From a virus (taxonomy: Duplodnaviria; Heunggongvirae; Uroviricota; Caudoviricetes), in the IMG/VR virus record IMGVR_UViG_3300026560_000023: 64,000 nt of DNA; one strand, given 5' to 3'. The notes beneath the pieces were generated by a model that saw only the letters and a list, made by a program, of their open reading frames with translations, searched no databases and was not told where the DNA came from. Below are positions 32,163-42,476 of this stretch, piece by piece; the first letter of the stretch is position 1, and every line of letters begins with the position of its first letter. The position numbers and the translations under genes were made by a program.

Positions 32163-32840
32163 ATGAAAGAGAAAGTAACAGCGTTAGTCGACGTTCGAGA
32201 ACCGCCAGAGCTTATTGCTGCTGTCAGAAATCATCCTGATGTAGAGAATTATGAAATCACCAAACTGGATGCGGGAGACATCGTCATCAGGGGCGTTGGG
32301 TTTGAAAGAAAAACTCTCCCGGATTACATCTCTACGTTGCTGGGCAAGGAAGAACGAAACCTTCCAGACCAGATTACCAAGATGGACGAGGCTTTTAACC
32401 ATGGATATATATTAGTAGAGGACAACCTTGAAAGTGTGAAGACGCTTGGTCACTCACAAATAAACCCAAATTCTGTGATTGGCTCCCTTGCGTCTACGGA
32501 AGCGAGAGATAACGGTGTTCGGGTTAAATTCTGCTCGAACATGGAACTCCTTGTAGATATGGCCGTCCGACTCGGGCGAAAACATCACGAGGACCCGGTC
32601 TCAAAGCTGCTCCCTAAAGGTTCTGTCAGCGGAATAGATGAACCATTTGCTAAGATGGCATATGGTTGCATGGATAACGTAGGAAAAGAAACAGCAGAGA
32701 CACTCTACGATAAATTCCCGTCCATGAGCCTGATGTATGATATGGACAAAGAGGACCTGAAAGGGGAGCTTATTGAAATTGATGGTATAGGAGACAAGAC
32801 AGCAGAATCCATCATACATCAATTATACGCGAATAAATGA
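32163..32840 (+). CDS. XPF/Hef-type ERCC4 nuclease with a C-terminal HhH2
   Basis: 225 aa; ERCC4 signature GDIVIRGVGFERKT (GDxn-ERK), and a C-terminal IDGIGDKTAESII helix-hairpin-helix. Confidence 0.6.
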   Translation: MKEKVTALVDVREPPELIAAVRNHPDVENYEITKLDAGDIVIRGVGFERKTLPDYISTLLGKEERNLPDQITKMDEAFNHGYILVEDNLESVKTLGHSQINPNSVIGSLASTEARDNGVRVKFCSNMELLVDMAVRLGRKHHEDPVSKLLPKGSVSGIDEPFAKMAYGCMDNVGKETAETLYDKFPSMSLMYDMDKEDLKGELIEIDGIGDKTAESIIHQLYANK

Positions 32841-33505
32841 AATTCATCTGTAGTGAGTGCGAGGAGAAAACCCCTGTAAAATCTATCCAAGTTGAACGGA
32901 ACCTCTGCCGGAGTTGCTTGGAATATCAGGAGGGGTATACAGTCCCAGAGTGTCCTAAGTGCAGTTATCAGGTTGATATGGTCAGAGTGGATAATCACCT
33001 ATACATCTGTCCTGCCTGTGGCCTTTGCCGCTCTTCTCATCCGGACCACCTTACAACTAAGGGGAATCCGAGTGTTGTTTGTCCCATAATGAGAGAGGTT
33101 ATGGACATGGACGACTTAGAAAGGAGCCACTGGCATTATGAAGAAAACGAGGGCCATGAAGAATCCTATATCAGGATTAGCCACGATGCTCACTCTCAAC
33201 TGCACGATTATAGCAAATTACTTAATCAGGAACGAGACATGGTTCAACATAAAAACGGTATAGAGGTTGTTTTTGAAAACCTTGTCAGATTAGACCTGAA
33301 TAGGCTGTCCATGCACCATCATTATCATCCTGTTCAGGCTGGCCCCCATTATTTCGATTACGTACTAACTCGATATGCGTTCCCTGATTACCTGGATTCC
33401 ACAGTGCTTGCTAATGCTCTCGGTCACGAACACCCGGGAGAGGTACCTTCGGAGTTAGAGGATATACGCCAAAAATTTTCAAAAGAGCGCCGAAAGCATT
33501 TTTAG
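32837..33505 (+). CDS. Multi-Zn-ribbon protein
   Basis: 222 aa with four CxxC pairs. Confidence 0.45.
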   Translation: MKFICSECEEKTPVKSIQVERNLCRSCLEYQEGYTVPECPKCSYQVDMVRVDNHLYICPACGLCRSSHPDHLTTKGNPSVVCPIMREVMDMDDLERSHWHYEENEGHEESYIRISHDAHSQLHDYSKLLNQERDMVQHKNGIEVVFENLVRLDLNRLSMHHHYHPVQAGPHYFDYVLTRYAFPDYLDSTVLANALGHEHPGEVPSELEDIRQKFSKERRKHF

Positions 33506-33602
33506 GGTTCCGCTGATATATCCTCAAAGCAAGCGTTTACCAAGATTTAAATAGAAGGGAGAGAGAAGTGATAATAGAAAGTACGAACCACTTGGAATTT
33601 CA

Positions 33603-34061
33603 ATGACATATAAAACACACGACCAGATGGCTAAGGAAGAGAACGTCTATGAACGCCAGCTCCGGGACTGGTACTTTGAAAACGGTGGTTCGGCCGTTAT
33701 CATGTCCAACTCGGGCGCTGGAACTCGCATGGACCTCCCCGACGTCATTGGAAAGTACGCAGGGCAAGAGTTTGCCCACGAGGTAAAGTATACTTCAAAC
33801 GATTACGCGAATCTCACCAAGGACAAATTAGAGGGTCTTCTTCGATTCTCTAAAAACTGGGGAGCGACGCCTCTACCCACGGTAAGGTTTTCCAAGGACA
33901 TCCATTGGTATACCTTTGAGCCTGAAAGTGATGGGTTCGAGCAGTGTGTTACCAAGGATGGAGGAATGCAAATCGCCCGGGAGAACAGAGAAACTTACAC
34001 AACCCTTAACGACCTCCTTGAGAGAGCAAAGAACGGCGACGAAGACAACGACGAAGAATAG
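33603..34061 (+). CDS. hjc: Holliday junction resolvase Hjc-like (PD-(D/E)xK)
   Basis: 152 aa; YERQLRDWYFENGGSAVIMSNSGAGTRMDLPDVIGKY...AHEVKYTS fits the Hjc block pattern E..R...G..V.RS.GS..D....EVK. Confidence 0.65.
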   Translation: MTYKTHDQMAKEENVYERQLRDWYFENGGSAVIMSNSGAGTRMDLPDVIGKYAGQEFAHEVKYTSNDYANLTKDKLEGLLRFSKNWGATPLPTVRFSKDIHWYTFEPESDGFEQCVTKDGGMQIARENRETYTTLNDLLERAKNGDEDNDEE

Positions 34062-34078
34062 TTAAACAGCAGTAAAAT

Positions 34079-37000
34079 ATGGCTCCAATTCCACGGCCCG
34101 GCAAATGGGTTAAGAAGCAGTTTGAAGAAGCAGTATTTAGTACAATAAACAAATTCAACAGGCCCACTACGAGCCATGGAGATAGTCCTCGGGTAGATAA
34201 CCCTGAACCTCCATATGGCCGGAAGATTCATCCTCGATGGATTTACCAGTTAAGAGAAAACAGCACTCTAATCAACAACTCTATTGAGGAGAAGGTTTCT
34301 CAAACATTCCGCCGTGGGTTTAGTGAGTGGGATAAAGCGTACGCTGCTAAATGTCCCAACTGTAAAGCGGAATTCCATACTCTGGAAAAGTTCAGAGAGC
34401 AGCTTGGACAGTATGGGGACCAGATGGAGGATGATGACGTCGACTTAGAATCTCCTCGAATCTGTCCCGAGTGTGAGGAACTCGGAGAGATGCATTATCC
34501 TGATGACGAAGATAAGGAACATGGTGAGGATTTCTTCCGTCAGGCAAACGAGAAAACAGACGTCCAATCGCATCTGGAGCCGATGCAGCAAAATTCAGTC
34601 GGGCAGAAATTCATTGACGTCTGCAAGGAACTCGCATGGGACATTCAGTCTTTTGACGACGCCTGGATGCTTTTCGAGAGGGAATATACTCTCGACCCAG
34701 AGCGCGGAGTTATTCTGGATTATGACCTAAAAGGAGTACATCGCGCTCCTCCAGAGGTCATGCGTTATTCCATCAACGAGAAAACTGGAGAGTTCGGCAA
34801 CGAGTACTGGGTATGTCCCAAGTGCCGAGCGCAACAAGAGAATTATCACCCGGAGAAAGAGCCCGAGAATTGTTCTCACTGTGGTGGCTATACGTATGAA
34901 GTCTACGCTGTAGCTCTTGATGAGCCAGGAGGAGACCCGCAGAACTATTACATCAGAGGCGAGTTCGCGCACGCGAGTGAATATGAGCCTTCTAAGTTCT
35001 ACGGATATTCTCCAATCCTAACGCTTTGGGAGGAGGCTCGTACAGTCGAAATGATGGACGATTGGTATAAGACAGCATACGAAGAGCGACGTGCTCCTCG
35101 AGGAGCAATGCTTGTCAGGTCTTCAAACGCTGAATCTGTACGAGCGTTTAATCAGGGTCAGATGGAGAAACTTCGTAATGACCAGCATTACATTCCAACC
35201 TTCATTGATGACTCTGATGGAGCAGGTAAGGCTCTTGAGTGGGTCAGCCTCTTAGAGGACCCGGTAGAAATGCAACATATGGAGATGCGCGAGTGGTTCC
35301 TGGAGCGCATTTCTGCTAAGTATGGTGTAACCCCTGCGTTCCAGAAGGGCAGTCCGAATAATAGTGGCTTGTCTCAGTCTCTGGAAATCGTTGTATCTAA
35401 CCGGTCCGCTGACAGACTCCGTCATATTTTCAACGATACGTTCATCCCTGCTTTCCTTGGACAACTGAAAGTCGAAGGATGGGAAAGAGAGCTACGTCCT
35501 GTAGAGGAAGAAGACGAGGCAGCTGATGCAGACGTTCAGGGCAAGTACGTGATGAACGCCAAGAGAGCTGTGGACGTCGGATTCGATATTGAGTGGACCG
35601 AGGATGACAAGCTCAAAATCCATCCTGGCGACCCAACAGAAGATATTGATTACGCCGATGGAGAGTTCCAGCCTGATAGTGAGCTGCCCGCTGGTGGCCA
35701 GCCAGGAGGTGGAGGAGGGCCAGAAGATGGAATGCCTCAACCCGGAGGAGCGAATCAAACTGGCGGTGCTCCAGGAACACCTCCTCATCAGGAACCACGT
35801 CTCCAGAACTCTGATGCGTCTGTAACCACGGGGAGTAGTGGATATTCTAATGCCCGATATGGAGCCACATCTGGTCAAGAAATAGACCTTGTAGCTCATA
35901 TCGAGGATATGTTAGAAGAGCAGGCTAAGGAAGTGAATAAGTCTGCAGAAGACGTTACCTGGGACGATATAGAAATCAGCGAGAATATCAGGATTTGGAT
36001 TAAGGACCCGGAGGAGGCTCCGGAGGAGGCAGAGGTAGTCCATGACCCAGATGAAGATGTGCCTGCTGATTACTATTACGAGGAGGAGATATGGTCTGCG
36101 GCTGCTAAGGCAGAACAGGTCAACAAGACCGCGGAGGCCATAGATTTTTTCTGGCGCCCGACGTTGTCTTCGATAGTCAAGCAAGACCAGGAGAGCGACG
36201 TCGATAGTGAGGGAACGGGAGAATACGAACCATACGACCCACCAGAGTCTTGTGAGAGAAGATACTTAGAAGCTGAAGGGATTGAAGAGGACGACCTTAC
36301 AAATGGCGTCCAGGTATTCACTGGTCCCGAGGGTAAGCAGTTCTACTGTGGGAACTGGAAGCAAGTAGGGGCGTGGGAGGAAGGAGCAGATGAAGACTTC
36401 GACCCCGAAGGCAGAGCCATGGATAACGTCGATGTGAACGATAAAATCCAAGAGGGTCAAGAACTCGAAGAGTATGAAGGTTTATTCGAGTTTGAGGACT
36501 GGAGGGATGTAGATGAGGGACAAGACATTGTCCTTGATTCTAAAGATAGAGATGGCTGGGAGCGGTTCCAGTTCATCGACGCTAAGCAAGGTAATGCTAT
36601 ACTGAGAGACGAAGAAGGAGAGCTTGCCATTACGAAAGCAGACAACGTAGCAGATAGAACTCAAGGAGTAGTCGGGGAATTAATAGATGAGAAGTACAGG
36701 GAGAGATACCAGGATTACGAAGTCCCGCGCGAGATATATACGGCTGACCACGTAGAGTCTAAGGAACTCATCGAGGATGAAGAAGGTGGTATCAACAGTG
36801 GATATACCCGAGTCGTCACATTCGATAATGACGAAAAGGCTATCTACAAAAATTATCGGGGCAGCTCTCACGAGTGGTGTCTTGATGGAGACGCTATGGC
36901 ATACGAGTTGTCCGATATGATTGGGATGGGAGATACATTCCCAGAGACAGCCCGTACAGACCTGAAGAACGGATTTGGCTCTGCTCAGTTATTCAAAGAG

Positions 37001-37567
37001 AATACCCAGAGTTTCAAGGACGCTGTCATGGACGATGACGGATTCATAGATGGAGACGTCTACCAGGCTGATGAGATAATAGTGGATAATGCCGAGGACT
37101 TCGGTAACATCGCAACGATTGATTACATGACTGGGAATCGGGATAGGCATGATGATAACTTTATGATTGACGATACATTCAACGTATACGCAATCGACAA
37201 CGGAGGTCATCCAACGCCTAAAGATGAGGCAGGGAACGACGCTATGTTCCTCATGTATAAGTATATCGCAAGCCATATCCAGGGAGCAAGTGATTCTCCT
37301 GGGGAGTTCGAGGATAGCCTTCTCGAGTTCTTCGAGGGGAGCAGAGAGTCTGCATTAGACAATGTAGAGTCTATTGTAGAGAATAAGGAGGAAATCCTGA
37401 CGATGGCAGAATCGTTCTATGGGCCTACCTCTAAGCCAACCCGAAGGTTCAGAAACATGATCGAAGAGACTGAAGACGGTAAGTTATCTATCGAGGAGAG
37501 CTTAGAGACTGATATAGAACAGCTCGAACACGAAATCCTCAATATGAATAGAGATGCTTTACCATGA
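34079..37567 (+). CDS. Giant virion protein, putative portal with an acidic C-terminal extension
   Basis: 1162 aa; lies upstream of the MuF-like gene and opens the morphogenesis module; the C-terminal 600 aa are extremely acidic; portal assignment rests on position and size only. Confidence 0.35.
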   Translation: MAPIPRPGKWVKKQFEEAVFSTINKFNRPTTSHGDSPRVDNPEPPYGRKIHPRWIYQLRENSTLINNSIEEKVSQTFRRGFSEWDKAYAAKCPNCKAEFHTLEKFREQLGQYGDQMEDDDVDLESPRICPECEELGEMHYPDDEDKEHGEDFFRQANEKTDVQSHLEPMQQNSVGQKFIDVCKELAWDIQSFDDAWMLFEREYTLDPERGVILDYDLKGVHRAPPEVMRYSINEKTGEFGNEYWVCPKCRAQQENYHPEKEPENCSHCGGYTYEVYAVALDEPGGDPQNYYIRGEFAHASEYEPSKFYGYSPILTLWEEARTVEMMDDWYKTAYEERRAPRGAMLVRSSNAESVRAFNQGQMEKLRNDQHYIPTFIDDSDGAGKALEWVSLLEDPVEMQHMEMREWFLERISAKYGVTPAFQKGSPNNSGLSQSLEIVVSNRSADRLRHIFNDTFIPAFLGQLKVEGWERELRPVEEEDEAADADVQGKYVMNAKRAVDVGFDIEWTEDDKLKIHPGDPTEDIDYADGEFQPDSELPAGGQPGGGGGPEDGMPQPGGANQTGGAPGTPPHQEPRLQNSDASVTTGSSGYSNARYGATSGQEIDLVAHIEDMLEEQAKEVNKSAEDVTWDDIEISENIRIWIKDPEEAPEEAEVVHDPDEDVPADYYYEEEIWSAAAKAEQVNKTAEAIDFFWRPTLSSIVKQDQESDVDSEGTGEYEPYDPPESCERRYLEAEGIEEDDLTNGVQVFTGPEGKQFYCGNWKQVGAWEEGADEDFDPEGRAMDNVDVNDKIQEGQELEEYEGLFEFEDWRDVDEGQDIVLDSKDRDGWERFQFIDAKQGNAILRDEEGELAITKADNVADRTQGVVGELIDEKYRERYQDYEVPREIYTADHVESKELIEDEEGGINSGYTRVVTFDNDEKAIYKNYRGSSHEWCLDGDAMAYELSDMIGMGDTFPETARTDLKNGFGSAQLFKENTQSFKDAVMDDDGFIDGDVYQADEIIVDNAEDFGNIATIDYMTGNRDRHDDNFMIDDTFNVYAIDNGGHPTPKDEAGNDAMFLMYKYIASHIQGASDSPGEFEDSLLEFFEGSRESALDNVESIVENKEEILTMAESFYGPTSKPTRRFRNMIEETEDGKLSIEESLETDIEQLEHEILNMNRDALP

Positions 37568-37860
37568 AAATCAATAAGAGAGTAGATGGAGATTACGAGC
37601 AAGTAGCAAAGGTCACTGCTTCGGGAGAAGTAGAAGGAGAATCATCTACGGCGCAACGTCTGAAAAACGAGTTAGATGGCGAGGGAGTATTCGTACCGGG
37701 TCTTGATGATGACCGAGAAAATTGCTTCGTTCACGAGGGTCCAGACCTCTTGATTTACTTGGAGAATAAGTATAGCAACGGTCACTATTCTGCGAGTTTA
37801 GAGGATGAAGACTTCGAGGACATGGCTGAAATGTCTGACTCTTCTCTGTTCGAGGAGTAG
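37564..37860 (+). CDS. Hypothetical acidic protein
   Basis: 98-aa ORF, start overlaps the upstream stop. Confidence 0.45.
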   Translation: MKINKRVDGDYEQVAKVTASGEVEGESSTAQRLKNELDGEGVFVPGLDDDRENCFVHEGPDLLIYLENKYSNGHYSASLEDEDFEDMAEMSDSSLFEE

Positions 37861-37896
37861 ACGAATCATATAAAGGCTTGGAGAAAATATCTCAAA

Positions 37897-40785
37897 GTGA
37901 TGCCCGACCCCGAGGATAGAGGAGTTAATGTGAATGTCGTCGACGTTCTTAAATCTGCTTCTAATAGTGGTGAGTCTGCTTTTACAGAGGTAGTTAAGAC
38001 AGACAAATTAGAGAAGTGGAGAATTTACGTTGACGAGGAATCGAAAATCCCTGACTGGGCCGAGGTTATTGAAGGCCCGAGAGGAGGGATATACTACTCT
38101 GTACAGGAGCAAGAGTTAGTCAACGAGTTACTGACTCCTCCTATGCACGAGGTCGGAGAAGATTTCGACCTCGAAGAATTCGACCTGAATCCATCAGATG
38201 CAGACAGGCCAGGACAGGCCAGGATTTCTGAATATTCATATGGGTCGAGAGGAGCACATAGAGTCATAGAAAGAGCAAATCAGTACGAGGATGAAGATAA
38301 TCCAGACTACTGGAGAATTTACGTCAATGATAAAGACGAGGTTCCAGAGTGGGCTAAACTACGAGGACCCAATAAACAGGGTAACTATTACTACAGGGTC
38401 CATGATGAGGGCCTATACCACGACCTCGTAACAGAACCACAGCACGAAGTCTCGAACGACGAAACACTCGAGGAGTATCTCGAAGAACATGGGGGCACAG
38501 AAGACGTTCAAGAAAAGGAAGGCCCCGAAAGAGAGTACTGGAGAGTCTACGTCGACAACGAAGAAGAGGCTCCTGACTGGGCAAACGTTGTCGGGCCAAG
38601 CTCTGAAGGAAATCTTTACTACATCGTCTATGATGAGGAGTTGTTCCGTCAGCTCGTAACTGGAATAGAGCACGAGGTTGATGATTACGACGTCGATGCA
38701 TACCTGGACGAAGTTCAGGGAGGAGATAGCATCGAAGAAAAGCTGGACGATGCGACGATTCTAAAGAGAAAATTCCAGATTTACGTAGAAGACGGAGGAG
38801 CGGTCCCTGACTGGGCACAGGCTCACGTGGGTCCTTGGGGCGGAGTTTATTACATCGTTTACTACAAACCGCTATTCGATGCTCTGATGCAGGAACCTAA
38901 GCATGAAATCCCTGGAGATTTCGACCTCCGAGATTACATGTACAATGGTCCTGGAGAAGGTGTAACTCACGATAGCGGAGAAAACGAAGAGCCTGATGAT
39001 AAGTCCAAGGGGCCTACCATCATCGACGTAGAGAAACGAAGAATCTACATTGATGAGGCCAGCGAGGCTCCCGATGGAAAGCAGATACACCAGGGAGATA
39101 AAGGTGGCTTATACTACATAGCAGGCAGTGATAGCGCCGAAGAGGAATCGGACGAAAAGACAGAGGGGGAATATCATACCTATTCCGACTTCGGTGAGCG
39201 CCTCGCTGACGCGATTGAGAGCGGAGATATAGAAGATATTTCTCCGGGGGAATACGGAGAAGGCATAGACACGATAAGTGATGGAGACCTCTTAGAGGAC
39301 GCATACAGACTTGAAACGAGAGAGGCTGTAAGAAGGGAAATCGAAGGATGGGCGACCCAGTTAAACAACCACTTCGATTATGCTTACCAGGAAGATGGTC
39401 CCCGAATCACAGGTCCTGAACTCAAAACCTGGGAGCAAGTAGAGTCTCTATCGGATAGAGATTATGAAGATGATGATATTTCTGCTATGGCTTCCAAGGT
39501 AGTAGATGAGTGGGAGGAATACGCAGAAAAGGGTGTAGATAGAGATAACAGAAACAAATTCAGAGAGCGAGTTGGAAAGGTAGACGAGGAAGTCGTCATC
39601 TTCAACCTCTGGGAAAGAGGCCTGAAAAAGTTTAGTGAGTTAAACACCATCCTGGAAAACGCTCTGAACGAGAAAGGTTATTCTGCTCGGACAGAAGCAA
39701 TACCTGGAGAACAACGTCGTCTGGACCTCAAGTATAATTACAGTATCGACGAGGATATTGAGGGAGAATTCGCAGACGATATTGAAAACGGGCAAATCCT
39801 TCGCATCACCTCTCAGGAGGACTGGTCTGACAGGCTCGGAGAAATGGATAACATCGACTTCCTCAATGATGCTAAGACAGCCATCCGTCATAAGGGAATT
39901 TCTAAGGATTCCTCGGTTGTGCAGGGTATAAAGAAAAGAATCCGGGAAATTGACTCCCCATCCCTGGATGAATATGACATTAAGCCTGAGGTTTACAGGC
40001 AGATAGTAAATCGTCCAGCCGGATTCAAGGGTACTGGTCAAGGAATCCACAAGAAAAGTTGGGGAGAAGTATGGAATAAGGTTTCTACAGAGGACCTGGA
40101 GGAGTTCTGCGAGATAGCAGAGGAAAGAAATAACTTCGCACACTCAAGCCTCGTTAGGGGAATGCTCGTCTACCGTAAAGAGTGCCCTATTTCGTCCAGA
40201 GATATGACTTCTCTTACGTATAAAGGAGGAGACGTCGACGAAGAAGCTCTATTCAACATAATGGAGCAAATCCTTGCGAAGTTGGACCCGGTCGTGGGCA
40301 GTCATTTACTCGCGTATCTGACAACTGCCAGAGGAGAGCAGATGAGCGGCAATAAAGAGGGATATGTCCTATTTAGAGGGGAAATGGCCGTGGATGGCCG
40401 TAAAACCCGGGATATACATGGTATTAGGGTCGTGTTTGCCCATTGTATAGGGCATATCCTACACGATTTAATGGGTCTGGACAACAAGGAAGTCGAGGAC
40501 AACGAGGATGAAGACCTCGGAGACGGTCTTGGATACAGTGTTATTCAACCAAAGAACGAATACAACACCTATGTACAAGACTTCTACGAGAAAATCCGTA
40601 AGGAATGGACACGATACACCTCAGAAGACGAAAATGAATGTCGTGTTTACCAGAGAATCAACCCTTCCGAGTTCTTCGCTACCTTATTCGCGTTGTGGAT
40701 TACCGACGAAAAGAAGTTAGAGATTCTACACAAGCCTATGCACACGGCCTTTGAGGCCTTCTTTGCAGAGGAGAGTGATGTGTAA
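37897..40785 (+). CDS. Large acidic protein with five copies of the (R/W)IYVD-x4-(A/V)PDWA-x6-GG-YY motif
   Basis: 962 aa; repeats at roughly aa 41, 131, 214, 293 and 383. Confidence 0.5.
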   Translation: MMPDPEDRGVNVNVVDVLKSASNSGESAFTEVVKTDKLEKWRIYVDEESKIPDWAEVIEGPRGGIYYSVQEQELVNELLTPPMHEVGEDFDLEEFDLNPSDADRPGQARISEYSYGSRGAHRVIERANQYEDEDNPDYWRIYVNDKDEVPEWAKLRGPNKQGNYYYRVHDEGLYHDLVTEPQHEVSNDETLEEYLEEHGGTEDVQEKEGPEREYWRVYVDNEEEAPDWANVVGPSSEGNLYYIVYDEELFRQLVTGIEHEVDDYDVDAYLDEVQGGDSIEEKLDDATILKRKFQIYVEDGGAVPDWAQAHVGPWGGVYYIVYYKPLFDALMQEPKHEIPGDFDLRDYMYNGPGEGVTHDSGENEEPDDKSKGPTIIDVEKRRIYIDEASEAPDGKQIHQGDKGGLYYIAGSDSAEEESDEKTEGEYHTYSDFGERLADAIESGDIEDISPGEYGEGIDTISDGDLLEDAYRLETREAVRREIEGWATQLNNHFDYAYQEDGPRITGPELKTWEQVESLSDRDYEDDDISAMASKVVDEWEEYAEKGVDRDNRNKFRERVGKVDEEVVIFNLWERGLKKFSELNTILENALNEKGYSARTEAIPGEQRRLDLKYNYSIDEDIEGEFADDIENGQILRITSQEDWSDRLGEMDNIDFLNDAKTAIRHKGISKDSSVVQGIKKRIREIDSPSLDEYDIKPEVYRQIVNRPAGFKGTGQGIHKKSWGEVWNKVSTEDLEEFCEIAEERNNFAHSSLVRGMLVYRKECPISSRDMTSLTYKGGDVDEEALFNIMEQILAKLDPVVGSHLLAYLTTARGEQMSGNKEGYVLFRGEMAVDGRKTRDIHGIRVVFAHCIGHILHDLMGLDNKEVEDNEDEDLGDGLGYSVIQPKNEYNTYVQDFYEKIRKEWTRYTSEDENECRVYQRINPSEFFATLFALWITDEKKLEILHKPMHTAFEAFFAEESDV

Positions 40786-42131
40786 TGCCCAAAATAATTG
40801 ACTATTCAAGAGGAGAAGAAGGAGAATCGGTTGGAAAGATAGAGGATACTGGGTCCTTTACGACAGATGATGCTCTATTAGAGAGTATCTTAGAGGACTA
40901 TGTTGAAAATGGCGTTGAAACTTATCTTCCAGAGCATACTAACAACGGTGTAGAGTATGGAATCGGGGTTGTAGAGTCTGGAAACAGTGGTTTTGCCCGT
41001 TGTGTTTTACAACACTTGCCCAGTCCTTATTATGGAGACCCGGAGGAGATATTCGACCTCGGTGATTACTCTGTGAAAGAAGTTAAAACCGACAAGGACG
41101 ACAATCCACTTGCTGGAAAGCAGGGAATGGACACTGTGAGTCATTTCGCGGCTCTCTCGTCCGAGTCTTCGGCTCCCTCACGCGAGCGAGTAGATGCTGA
41201 ATGGAATGATATAGAGGATGAAGAGAATCTCCCAGAGTCGGCGAAGATGCGTAAGACGCGCATCTATATTGACGACAGAAACGAGGCTCCAGACTGGGCA
41301 GATGTAGAGGAAGGCCCCCGCGGTGGGATGTATTACGACGTTACACGCAGGCCAGAAGGAGATAATAGCGCTCCTCACGGTATGGAATATAGCAAGGTAG
41401 AAAATGTAGAGTCCATGACAGATAGGGATGCTATGAAGGAAGAAGGCATTGCCGCTGGAGCGTCTGCGGATGATATGTCCTTCGGTTTCCATGCGGAGAC
41501 TGGGGAAAAGCTGTATCTTCAAAGGTCTGATTCTGGATTTGCCGGGTCAGATTCGGAGGAAAAGCACATCACAGCTAAAACTGCTATGGACCACGCTGAC
41601 GTGCGTGCTCCTAATATGCACTTCGATGAAGAGGAAGGAATGCTTGTTATGGAAGACATCGGAGAGAATTCCAATAGGCCATATAAGAAAGGGGATGCGT
41701 TTGATGAAATAGATAGAGATAGTTGGATAGAAGCATGCGCTGCTAAATTACTGGTAGGGGATACAGATATTGGAGGCAACGTCTTAATGGACGATAACGG
41801 GGATTTCTTCCCTATCGACTTTGACCTCGCCGGGTCGAAGCTGTCGACGAAGAAACGTCGTATCAATGACCCCGATTCATCTCTCTATGATGAAGATAAG
41901 ACCTTTGGAGAATATCTCGCTGGAAACGCGAATCAGTCTTATACCTCGTCCATGCCAGAAGAGGAAATCACGCCAGATGAGGTAGAAGATGCTCTTAACA
42001 CCCTCGTAGATAGAATAGACGTTGATGAATTAGAGGGAGCGTATGATAGGAGTGACCATTACGACGATACTTCCGGTACCTCTATAATGGAGAACATCGA
42101 AGAGATAAAGGAGGGAACTCTATGGGAGTAG
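40785..42131 (+). CDS. Large acidic protein with one RIYIDD...APDWADVEEGPRGGMYY repeat
   Basis: 448 aa; ATGA start-stop overlap with the upstream gene. Confidence 0.5.
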   Translation: MPKIIDYSRGEEGESVGKIEDTGSFTTDDALLESILEDYVENGVETYLPEHTNNGVEYGIGVVESGNSGFARCVLQHLPSPYYGDPEEIFDLGDYSVKEVKTDKDDNPLAGKQGMDTVSHFAALSSESSAPSRERVDAEWNDIEDEENLPESAKMRKTRIYIDDRNEAPDWADVEEGPRGGMYYDVTRRPEGDNSAPHGMEYSKVENVESMTDRDAMKEEGIAAGASADDMSFGFHAETGEKLYLQRSDSGFAGSDSEEKHITAKTAMDHADVRAPNMHFDEEEGMLVMEDIGENSNRPYKKGDAFDEIDRDSWIEACAAKLLVGDTDIGGNVLMDDNGDFFPIDFDLAGSKLSTKKRRINDPDSSLYDEDKTFGEYLAGNANQSYTSSMPEEEITPDEVEDALNTLVDRIDVDELEGAYDRSDHYDDTSGTSIMENIEEIKEGTLWE

Positions 42132-42442
42132 TATTCTTTGGACTGGCGGATGATGGAGACTCGTTCGTCGTCATTGGACGGGTCGAGGACGGTAAAATAG
42201 TTGAGGATACAGATGGAGAATTACAAGAAACCCTTGATGGGATGGCCCTTCAGGACGGGTATCTATCTGCTAAATTCAACAACCATTTCCTAAACGCCGC
42301 TCTGACCAAAGATGTCTGGGAAAAGGAAAGTGGACGTATGTACGTGGACCATCCAGTAGATGCTCCCGAGGGCGTTGAAGTTCAGGATAGCGAACACGGA
42401 GCGCCTTACTACATCCCCGAGGAAGAACAGGAAGAACAATAA
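42122..42442 (+). CDS. Hypothetical acidic protein
   Basis: 106-aa ORF. Confidence 0.45.
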   Translation: MGVVFFGLADDGDSFVVIGRVEDGKIVEDTDGELQETLDGMALQDGYLSAKFNNHFLNAALTKDVWEKESGRMYVDHPVDAPEGVEVQDSEHGAPYYIPEEEQEEQ

Positions 42443-42476
42443 CCTCTTTATCCAAGGGTTTCTTCTTTTTGTATAG

